A DNA stretch of 64,000 bases from Trueperaceae bacterium (lineage in GTDB: Bacteria > Deinococcota > Deinococci > Deinococcales > Trueperaceae): contig OZ243927.1 in NCBI GenBank assembly GCA_965213925.1, forward strand, positions 4,064,001 through 4,128,000, given 5' to 3'. The notes below the pieces were generated by a model. The model saw nothing but the letters and a program-made list of their open reading frames with translations, did no database searches and had not been told where the DNA came from. Below are positions 27,154-34,957 of this stretch, one piece after another (position 1 is the stretch's first letter; each line of letters starts with the position of its first letter). A program made the position numbers and the translations under genes.

Positions 27154-29668
27154 CGGCAACCAGACCCCTCGCCTTCTCCTGCAACCTATGCAGCAAGGTT
27201 AAAGCGTCCAGAGGAGATAAGCGGCTCAAATCTTGCTCTAAAAGCGTCTCGACGACCTCTTGCGAGGTGTTGCCTCGGCTCGACTCGAGCCCCGCTAACA
27301 CCGCGTGCGCCCGCTCCAAGACCTTGGCGGGAACCCCGGCGAGCTTTGCGACCTCTAAGCCGTACGCTTTGCTCGCCGGACCGGGTAAAACCTGGTGATA
27401 AAAAGTGAGCGCCCCTGCTTCCTCTTTCGCCGCGACATGCTGGTTGCGCGCAGCCGGCAGTTTATTGGCGAGCCCGGTGAGTTCAAAATAATGCGTCGCA
27501 AAAAGCACGTAAGATTCTGTGCGTTCGTGCAGATATTCCGACGCTGCCCACGCTAACGCAAGACCGTCAAACGTGCTCGTCCCGCGTCCGATTTCGTCTA
27601 ATAGAATGAGGCTTTTAGGCGTCGCGTTTTGCAAGATACACGCGAGTTCGTCCATCTCCACCATAAAGGTGCTGCGCCCGCCCGCGATGTCATCCGACGC
27701 GCCGATGCGCGTGTAGATGCGCTCGAAGAGGGGGAGCACGGCGCGTTCCGCCGGGACGAAAGAGCCGATTTGAGCGAGTAGGACGATGAGGGCGTTCTGG
27801 CGCAGATAGGTGGATTTGCCGCTCATGTTGGGACCCGTCAAGATGACGAGGCGGGCTTGCGGCGAGAGGTCTAAGTCGTTGGCGATGAAGGGGTGAAACT
27901 GCTCCACGACGGGGTGGCGTCCCCCTTCGATTTGAAACGTTGAGTCTGAAAACTCAGGTCGGCAAAATTGACCTTGCGCCGCCGCCTCCGCGAGCGAGCT
28001 GTACACGTCGAGTTCAGCTAAGACGCCGCCGAGTTCTCTCACCGCCTCGCTGTGTGGAAGGAGGCTGCTGCGCAGTTCGTCGAAGACCAAGTATTCGCGC
28101 CGCTGAGCGCTGTCTTCTGCGCGTAAGATTTCACGCTCTTTCTCGCGCAAGTCGCTCCGGGTGTAGCGTTGGCGGTCTTTTAAGGTTTGCACGGCGCGGT
28201 AGCTCTCGGGGACTTGCTCGACGTAGGGGCGCGTGACCTCGAGGTAATATCCAAACACCCCGTTGAAGCCCACCTTGAGCGTAGGGATTCCTGTCTCTCG
28301 CCTTTCTTGAACCTCCAACTCAGCAATCCACGCTCGCCCCGCCTCCGCTTTGCTGCGCAAATCATCCAGCTCGCTGTCGAAGCCGCTCTGGATAAGTCCG
28401 CCTTCGGTAATTTTAAGGGGCGGGTCATCGACTAAGGCGGCGTCAATCTGCGCTTGCACGTTACCGAGTTCGCCCATGCGTTCTTTGAGAGTTTGTAGCG
28501 CCTCTTCGGAGCGTCCGGAGAGGTGCTTGTGGAGTTCGGGGACTAAGCTGAGACTTCTCGCTAAGGCGCAGAGGTCCCTGGCACTAGCGCGGCCTGCGGC
28601 GAGTCTCGAGGCCAACCGCTCCAAGTCGTGCATCTTGTAGAGACTCTTGCGAATCTCGCGGCGCAGCACGGAATCTTTGACCAAGGCTTGCACGGCGTCG
28701 AGGCGGTGCTCTAAAAGTTCCTTATCCAACAGCGGATGCCGCAACCACGCCCGTAAGAGCCGCCGCCCCGGTGCGGTGCGCGTCTTGTCCAAGATACTGA
28801 GTAGAGTTCGCTTCTCTTGTGCTTCGCTAAACGTGCCGAAAACTTCCAAGGTAGCGAGCGCCACCTCGCCAATTTGCATGTAGGCGCTCGGGTCGTAGCG
28901 CACGAACCGCGCGACTTGCGGTAAGCAACCTTGCTGCGTCGTGAGCGCGTAGGAAAGCACCGCGCCCGCTGCGCGGATGAGGGCGTCGCTGTCCGTTCCT
29001 GTCGGCAGGGCGCTGAACTGCTCCTCTAGTGACCTCTCTGCTTCGTCCAAGTCGAAACGCCCCCTCGTCACCATCACTGAGAAGCGTTCGCTAAAGGTCT
29101 CGCGAAAGTCAACGTGCGCGTAGAGTTCAGGCGCGAGCAAAACCTCGGCGGGGCGGTAGCGCCTGAGTTCGTCGAAAAGGCTGCTCTTGGCGTAAACCTG
29201 CGTGCCGCGAAACTCGCCTGTGGTGATATCTAAAAGTGCCAGACCGTAGCCTTCGCCTGTGGCAACAGCGGCGAGGTAGTTGGCGTCAGGACGTAAGAGC
29301 TTTTCATCTGTGACGGTTCCCGGCGTGATGAGCTGCGTGATGTCGCGTTTGACGAGCCCGTCGGCAGTGGCAGGGTTTTCGACTTGGTCAGCGACGGCGA
29401 CGCAGATGCGCTGATTCAAGAGCCGCTCGATGTACGTGTCCGCGCTTCGCAGCGGGATTCCTGCCATCGGCGTGGTGAAATCTTTGCTCGTTTTATGCGT
29501 CAGGGTGATGCCGATGGCGCGGGCTAAGCGCTCCGCGTCTTCGCCGAACGTCTCGTAAAAGTCGCCGACTTGAAAGAGGACGAGATAATCCGGGTAGCGT
29601 TCGCGCAGTTCGACGTATTGCGTTAGGAGCGGGGGGAGCGGACCTTTGCCCTCACCTTTTAGGGTCAT
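27146..29668 (-). CDS. mutS: DNA mismatch repair protein MutS
   Basis: FQVGDFYE, TGPNMSGKSTYLRQ, STFMVEM, DEIGRGTST, ATHYFEL. Confidence 0.97.
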   Translation of the reverse strand: MTLKGEGKGPLPPLLTQYVELRERYPDYLVLFQVGDFYETFGEDAERLARAIGITLTHKTSKDFTTPMAGIPLRSADTYIERLLNQRICVAVADQVENPATADGLVKRDITQLITPGTVTDEKLLRPDANYLAAVATGEGYGLALLDITTGEFRGTQVYAKSSLFDELRRYRPAEVLLAPELYAHVDFRETFSERFSVMVTRGRFDLDEAERSLEEQFSALPTGTDSDALIRAAGAVLSYALTTQQGCLPQVARFVRYDPSAYMQIGEVALATLEVFGTFSEAQEKRTLLSILDKTRTAPGRRLLRAWLRHPLLDKELLEHRLDAVQALVKDSVLRREIRKSLYKMHDLERLASRLAAGRASARDLCALARSLSLVPELHKHLSGRSEEALQTLKERMGELGNVQAQIDAALVDDPPLKITEGGLIQSGFDSELDDLRSKAEAGRAWIAELEVQERRETGIPTLKVGFNGVFGYYLEVTRPYVEQVPESYRAVQTLKDRQRYTRSDLREKEREILRAEDSAQRREYLVFDELRSSLLPHSEAVRELGGVLAELDVYSSLAEAAAQGQFCRPEFSDSTFQIEGGRHPVVEQFHPFIANDLDLSPQARLVILTGPNMSGKSTYLRQNALIVLLAQIGSFVPAERAVLPLFERIYTRIGASDDIAGGRSTFMVEMDELACILQNATPKSLILLDEIGRGTSTFDGLALAWAASEYLHERTESYVLFATHYFELTGLANKLPAARNQHVAAKEEAGALTFYHQVLPGPASKAYGLEVAKLAGVPAKVLERAHAVLAGLESSRGNTSQEVVETLLEQDLSRLSPLDALTLLHRLQEKARGLVADE

Positions 29669-29804
29669 AGCGTCTATCTTAACGTGTCTAAAGGCGAGGT
29701 TGGCTGAGAGGCTCGAGGTTTACAAAAGACTACCAGCTTACTTTCATTCGTTCGGGCATCCATCAGGCTACGCTTAGCGTTTTATAGGCGCAAAAGGGGA
29801 GCTT

Positions 29805-29951
29805 ATGAGAATACTCGAGATCATCGCCGTTATCCTAGTCGTCTTGTTTTTGGTTGACCTTTTGGGCACGCAGTTTTTAGGCAACTTAGTCTACCTCTTG
29901 CTCGTCATCGCCGTGATTCTACTCTTAGTACGCTTTATTCGCCGAGCGTAA
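29805..29951 (+). CDS. Small 2-TM membrane protein (lmo0937/DUF5670-like), 48 aa
   Basis: RBS AGGGGAG; MRILEIIAVILVVLFLVDLLGTQFLGNLVYLLLVIAVILLLVRFIRRA. Confidence 0.75.
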   Translation: MRILEIIAVILVVLFLVDLLGTQFLGNLVYLLLVIAVILLLVRFIRRA

Positions 29952-30036
29952 TAAGGTGAAATAGTCCTCACGGGCTACCGTTATGACGCGGTAGATTAGG
30001 GCGTCACAGCGTTGAGGAATTCAGAAGGAGGAGCTT

Positions 30037-30234
30037 ATGAACGACGACGAGATGCAGGGCAAGCTCAAGCGGGCTAAAGGGCGCGTCCAGTCCAAGTGGG
30101 GCGAACTCACGGGCGACGAAGTCGAGCGCATGGAGGGGGACCGTGAGGAACTCATCGGCAAGGTGCAGGAGAAGTACGGTTACTCCCGCGAGAAAGCAGA
30201 GCAAGAGGTAGACGAGTTCGTGCGCAGCCTCTAA
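30037..30234 (+). CDS. CsbD family stress protein
   Basis: RBS AGGAGG; KGRVQSKWGELT..EGDREELIGKVQEKYG. Confidence 0.9.
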   Translation: MNDDEMQGKLKRAKGRVQSKWGELTGDEVERMEGDREELIGKVQEKYGYSREKAEQEVDEFVRSL

Positions 30235-30290
30235 AAATTTAGCTTCGTATGCGGGTAGTGGCTCTATCTGGAATGACAGTGGTGTCAAAG

Positions 30291-30310
30291 CAAGGGGTTT
30301 CAACCCCTTG
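30291..30310. repeat. REP-like palindrome CAAGGGGTT-TC-AACCCCTTG
   Basis: Perfect 9-bp arms in an intergenic region. Confidence 0.55.
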
Positions 30311-30370
30311 TTATTACACGGAAACGGTAGAAGAAGCACACGGCGGCATTCGACTTAGAACCACTACTCA

Positions 30371-30504
30371 CAGCAGTTCCACAACATACTGAGACAGAAA
30401 AGCGCAAGTATCATCTTAAAATGTGCGTGTTGGACAGTACTATTTACAGTGTGAGCGTGCCTAACGGCGTACTTCGTGCACTCAAACCAGATGATACCTG
30501 CTAT
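30371..30504 (+). repeat. Dispersed repeat family A, copy 3
   Basis: CAGCAGTTCCACAACATACTGAGACAG..GCAAGTATCATCT..CTCAAACCAGATGATACCTGCTAT. Confidence 0.85.
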
Positions 30505-30547
30505 CATCTGCGAATGCTGCTCTTAACAGGGCAGCTTTTCTCACGTC

Positions 30548-30679
30548 ATACGGATTCCGCTTAATTCCATATCACCGAGAAGAAGCTTCGGTGATAGTCC
30601 GTACCGCTCCATCCGTATTTCTGTTCCCACTCGCTACACTCGGATTGATTCGCTAACGTAGCGAATCAGTCGGACGTAT
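30548..30679. repeat. MITE-like element family B (ATACGGATTCCG...CGGACGTAT)
   Basis: ATACGG/CGTAT ends; internal hairpins TATCACCGA/TCGGTGATA and TGATTCGCTA/TAGCGAATCA. Confidence 0.6.
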
Positions 30680-30717
30680 TATCTGCGGCGCAATAATCAG
30701 GGTATGATGCTCTAAGG

Positions 30718-31677
30718 ATGTTCAAGGCGACGTTTAAGCTCTTTAGCCAAGCGGTGCAGGTGTGGCAGGCGCATAACGCGCCGCGCTTAGGTGCGGCGTT
30801 GGCGTTTTACACGGTGCTTTCGCTCGCGCCGCTCCTTATCGTGGCGGTCAGCGTCGCGGGCGTATTTTTTTCTCAAATGGACGTGCAAGAGCGCATCATC
30901 GACCAGGTGCAGCTTTTGGTAGGTGAAAGTAACGTTCAGGTCGCGTCGCTCTTGCGCACCCTCTTTAGAAACGCCTTCGACGCCTATAGCGCTAGCGACG
31001 CAATTCTACCCTCACTTATAGGACTTGGGGCGCTCCTCTTCGGCGCGTCTATCGTCTTTAACGAGCTTCGCGCCGCCATGAACACGATTTGGGAAGTTAA
31101 AGGGCCCGACGCCTTTCGGGAGGGGGTGGTGCACCTCATCAAAAACCGCCTCATCGCGCTGGCGATGGTCGCGGGCATCGGCTTTTTGCTACTCGTGTCG
31201 CTCGTGCTCAGCACAGGCGCAACTGCGTTCAGCAGTTTTTTAAGCGATCAGCTCGGTATCGCCGCGCCCTTCGTGAGCGCCTTTGACATCCTCGTGAGTA
31301 TCACCATCGTGTCGCTGCTCTTTTCGCTCCTGTATAAGTACCTTCCTTCGGCGCAGGTGTCTTGGTGGGACACGTGGCTGGGCGCGGTGATTACAGCGAT
31401 TCTTTTCTCGGCGGGCAAGTGGCTCATCGGCATCTATCTGAGCCGGAGCGTGGTGGCGTCGGCGTACGGGGCGGCAGGGTCACTCGTCATATTCCTTTTA
31501 TGGGTGTATTTCTCGGCGCAGATTTTCTTTTTCGGGGCGGCGTTTTGCCGGGCGTACGCGGAACGCTACGGCTCGAGGTCCTTCAAACACATGGACACCA
31601 AAGCCAGAGCCAGAGCGAGGGCGAAGCAAAAAGCCAGAGAGAAGAGAGCGAAAGAGATTGAGCCTCAGGAGGCCTAA
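30718..31677 (+). CDS. YihY/virulence factor BrkB family protein
   Basis: GAALAFYTVLSLAPLL, AYGAAGSLVIFLLWVYFSAQIFFFGA. Confidence 0.92.
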   Translation: MFKATFKLFSQAVQVWQAHNAPRLGAALAFYTVLSLAPLLIVAVSVAGVFFSQMDVQERIIDQVQLLVGESNVQVASLLRTLFRNAFDAYSASDAILPSLIGLGALLFGASIVFNELRAAMNTIWEVKGPDAFREGVVHLIKNRLIALAMVAGIGFLLLVSLVLSTGATAFSSFLSDQLGIAAPFVSAFDILVSITIVSLLFSLLYKYLPSAQVSWWDTWLGAVITAILFSAGKWLIGIYLSRSVVASAYGAAGSLVIFLLWVYFSAQIFFFGAAFCRAYAERYGSRSFKHMDTKARARARAKQKAREKRAKEIEPQEA

Positions 31678-31985
31678 AGCGTGGGGCGCGCATTGAGCTT
31701 CGTCCAGCCCACTAGGTCGTCAATAAGCTGATGGCTCGCCAGGTTGAGCGTGATACCAGGCGGCTCGCGTTTCTCCTCCTCTAAATAGACCTCTTTAAGG
31801 TGCGCCTTGACGACGCGGCGGTAGGACTCGAGCCCCAAGACCTCTTGTTCATTGACCTCTTGAGACGCCCACCGCGCCTCGAAACCGCCGCGCTCACCGA
31901 GACCTATGCCCTGCCTATCCAGTGTCACGACGACGATGCCGAGAGGGGTTCTAACAAAATGGACGAGTGGAGCGGTGTCAGCCAT
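31674..31985 (-). CDS. Hypothetical protein
   Basis: 103-aa ORF from ATG 31985 with genome-like codon use. The upstream extension lies inside repeat A. Confidence 0.55.
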   Translation of the reverse strand: MADTAPLVHFVRTPLGIVVVTLDRQGIGLGERGGFEARWASQEVNEQEVLGLESYRRVVKAHLKEVYLEEEKREPPGITLNLASHQLIDDLVGWTKLNARPTL

Positions 31986-32000
31986 AGCGTTATTATCACC

Positions 32001-32139
32001 TATAGCAAGTATCATTTGGTTTGAGCCAATCTGAGAGGAGAGCGCACGCTCTAGCACGCACTTAGTTGTGATGATACTTTTGCCGGAGGCAAAACTTCGT
32101 AAGCGTGATTCAAACTCAGTACTTACGTTAATTGCTATA
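32001..32139 (-). repeat. Dispersed repeat family A, copy 4 (with nested hairpin insert)
   Basis: Reverse complement aligns to copy 1; TATAGC..GCTATA ends. Confidence 0.85.
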
Positions 32140-32301
32140 TTCCTAGCCGTCAGCGATTAGCTTTTAGCTAAAGGCTCACCGCTAAGGACTTTTGCGGGGC
32201 GAACTTGCACCAGAGCGTCTGTGACCAGATGCTACCTGCAAGGTGCGCTACACTAAACGTCAGGATTGAGCGAAAACGCAACTAAATCAACGGAGCGTGT
32301 T

Positions 32302-33297
32302 ATGGCGATTCAAGAGTTACCGCAAGAAGAACGAGTGACGACGCAGCATCAGGAGCGAAATCCAGGGACAGGATTGCAACTGGATTGGCTCAGAAACGTG
32401 CAGGTGAATAGAAGTGCGGTAGAGCGCCGCGCGTCTACTTTAGCAGGACGACGCAGCATCAAAAAGGAGTGGCAAGCCGCCTGGCTCCTCAAGGCGATAA
32501 GCTGCATCGACCTCACGACTTTAGCAGGCGACGACACGCCGGGCAAGGTCAAGCGGCTCTGCGCCAAGGCGCGGCAACCTGTGCGGCAAGACCTTTTGGA
32601 CGAACTCGGCGTTGCCGATTTAGGGCTCACCACGGGCGCGGTCTGCGTCTACCACGCGATGGTGCCGACGGCTGTAGAGGCGCTAAAAGGCTCCAACGTC
32701 CCCGTCGCCGCCGTCTCGACGGGTTTCCCGGCGGGGCTCTCCCCCTCCCCACAGCGTGTCGCGGAAATTCACGCCTCGAGAGACGCAGGCGCGAGCGAAA
32801 TCGACATCGTCATCACCCGCGCGCACGTTTTAACAGGCAACTGGGAAGCCCTGTTCGACGAAGTGACCACCTTCCGCGAAGCCTGCGGCGAGGCGCACAT
32901 GAAAGCGATTTTGGCGACGGGCGAACTCGGCACGCTCAGAAACGTCTACAAAGCGTCAATGGTAGCGATGATGGCGGGCGCGGACTTCGTGAAGACCTCT
33001 ACCGGTAAGGAGAGCGAGAACGCGACGTTGCCCGTGAGCCTCGTGATGGTTCGCTCCATTCGCGACTACTTGGAGCGGACAGGCTACAAAATCGGCTTCA
33101 AACCTGCGGGCGGCATCCGCACGGCGAAAGAGGCGCTTTTATGGCTCACGCTGATGAAAGAGGAGTTGGGGCGCGACTGGCTGGAGCCCGAGCTGTTTCG
33201 CTTCGGAGCCTCGAGCCTCTTAGGGGACATCGAGCGGCAGTTGGAGCACTATGTTACGGGGCGTTATTCGGCGTCGTTTCGGCATCCTTTGGCATGA
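32302..33297 (+). CDS. deoC: Deoxyribose-phosphate aldolase
   Basis: IDLTTLAGDDT, VCVY, STGFP, FVKTSTGK, FKPAGGI, RFGASSLL. Confidence 0.95.
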   Translation: MAIQELPQEERVTTQHQERNPGTGLQLDWLRNVQVNRSAVERRASTLAGRRSIKKEWQAAWLLKAISCIDLTTLAGDDTPGKVKRLCAKARQPVRQDLLDELGVADLGLTTGAVCVYHAMVPTAVEALKGSNVPVAAVSTGFPAGLSPSPQRVAEIHASRDAGASEIDIVITRAHVLTGNWEALFDEVTTFREACGEAHMKAILATGELGTLRNVYKASMVAMMAGADFVKTSTGKESENATLPVSLVMVRSIRDYLERTGYKIGFKPAGGIRTAKEALLWLTLMKEELGRDWLEPELFRFGASSLLGDIERQLEHYVTGRYSASFRHPLA

Positions 33298-33320
33298 GTT
33301 TGGAGAATGTGAGGTGAAAA

Positions 33321-33572
33321 ATGACGATAAAAGAGCGTATAATCAAACGTATCGAGAGGTTAGATGAGGGCAAACTGCAAGCCTTAGAAACCCGGCTAGA
33401 CGAAATCACCAAACCCTCGCCCGAAGAGATAGAGCGCCGCTTGGCGGCTTGGCGTGGTATTTACGGCTTGCTCTCTGACCCCGAAGAATACGCTGAGTTC
33501 GAGAAGCACGCCCGCCGCCGTCCCCTCTTCGGTGGACGTACACTTGAGCTAGAACCGGACGAAGAGGGTTGA
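33321..33572 (+). CDS. Putative antitoxin
   Basis: Small ORF with an RBS, overlapping (TTGA) the downstream PIN toxin. Confidence 0.6.
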   Translation: MTIKERIIKRIERLDEGKLQALETRLDEITKPSPEEIERRLAAWRGIYGLLSDPEEYAEFEKHARRRPLFGGRTLELEPDEEG

Positions 33573-33970
33573 TATACACACTCGATACCAACGTCATTGC
33601 CGCCCTCTTACGTAGTGAGCAAAAGGTTATAGACGAATTGGAGCAGCGTGTAGCGCAAGGACACAATGTGACGCTCAACGCGCTCAGCTATTTTGAAACG
33701 CGGCGCGGTCTCAAGCTAGAAGCAACTCGGAAGAAGATGCTCTTCGAAGCGCTTTTACAGCAAGCAGCGGTACTCGACCTTGACCGCTTGGCGTTAGATA
33801 TTTCGGCTGACATCTATGGAGACCTCCGCCGCAAAGGAACACCCTTGGAAGACGCCGACATCCTCATCGCAGGTATCGCCCTCGCCAACGACGCTGTACT
33901 CGTCACGCGCAACACCAAGCACTTTGAGCGGGTGGAGGAGCTGAGGCTCGAGAATTGGGAAACGCCGTGA
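33569..33970 (+). CDS. vapC: PIN-domain VapC toxin
   Basis: LDTNV, E, DILIAGIAL, LVTRNTKHF..LENW. Confidence 0.9.
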   Translation: MIYTLDTNVIAALLRSEQKVIDELEQRVAQGHNVTLNALSYFETRRGLKLEATRKKMLFEALLQQAAVLDLDRLALDISADIYGDLRRKGTPLEDADILIAGIALANDAVLVTRNTKHFERVEELRLENWETP

Positions 33971-34425
33971 CAGAACGCGCTGAGCAAATGAAGATTCTCG
34001 AGCTTCCCGAAACGGACTTCGCAGCATCTTATGAGGTCATGCGCCAGCTCAGGCCCTACCTGACCAAAGAGGTCTACCTAGCGCGGGTTAAAGAAATGAG
34101 GGCTCGAGGCTACCGACTCCTCGCGCTCAAAGTTTACGGAAACATCGCCGTTTTAGCAGGCGTCACCTTCGACCTCAACCTCTACTGGGGTCGTCACCTC
34201 TTCGTCTATGACTTGGTGACAGCGGAAAAGTACCGCTCGCAAGGGTATGGAAAGAGGATGCTTGAGCATATCCACGACTTAGCTCGAGAAGAGGATTGCG
34301 AAGCCGTCGCCCTCAGTTCCAGCTTTCCTCGCGAAGATGCACACCGTTTTTACGAGCGTGAAGTCTATGAGCGTACGGGCTACGTATTTTTGAAGAGGTT
34401 GGCGGATGTTCAGCGCTCAAGTTGA
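33967..34425 (+). CDS. GNAT family N-acetyltransferase
   Basis: YDLVT..RSQGYG..AHRFYER. Confidence 0.88.
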   Translation: MTERAEQMKILELPETDFAASYEVMRQLRPYLTKEVYLARVKEMRARGYRLLALKVYGNIAVLAGVTFDLNLYWGRHLFVYDLVTAEKYRSQGYGKRMLEHIHDLAREEDCEAVALSSSFPREDAHRFYEREVYERTGYVFLKRLADVQRSS

Positions 34426-34957
34426 CGAGGGGTTGGAGCTTAGGCTTTTAGAATTGCGTCACGCCAAAGCACTTTTCAACCTCGTTGATAAGAACCGCGA
34501 GCACCTCAGCGCCTGGTTTCACGACATGGAGAAAACAGAAACTGTAGAGGACACTAAGAAGGATATCCGAGAGGCATTAGAGCAGTTCGCTAAAGGTGAC
34601 AGCTTCCAATTGGGAGTTTGGTTTAGCGGTGAGTTAGTTGGTGCTATCGGTGCTCAACACATCTCGTCGGTTTTCCGTTTCGCTGAAATTGGCTACTGGC
34701 TCGGTGTAGATTTTGAAGGGCGCGGTATCGCAACGAAGGTATGCCGCTACCTATGCGCATACCTCTTCGAAGAGCGCGACCTCAACCGCATCGAGATACG
34801 CTGTTCGGAGAAAAATACGAAGAGTAAGGCAATTCCCGAACGTTTGGGTTTTACGCTCGAGGGTACCCTGCGGCAGATGGGCTACACCAAAGACGGACTG
34901 ACGGACTACCTCGTTTACGGTCTCCTCAAGGACGAATGGCAGAAAGGTCAACCATGA
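34406..34957 (+). CDS. GNAT acetyltransferase, RimJ/RimL-like
   Basis: EIGYWLG..EGRGIAT..NTKSKAIPERLGFTLEG. Confidence 0.88.
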   Translation: MFSAQVDEGLELRLLELRHAKALFNLVDKNREHLSAWFHDMEKTETVEDTKKDIREALEQFAKGDSFQLGVWFSGELVGAIGAQHISSVFRFAEIGYWLGVDFEGRGIATKVCRYLCAYLFEERDLNRIEIRCSEKNTKSKAIPERLGFTLEGTLRQMGYTKDGLTDYLVYGLLKDEWQKGQP

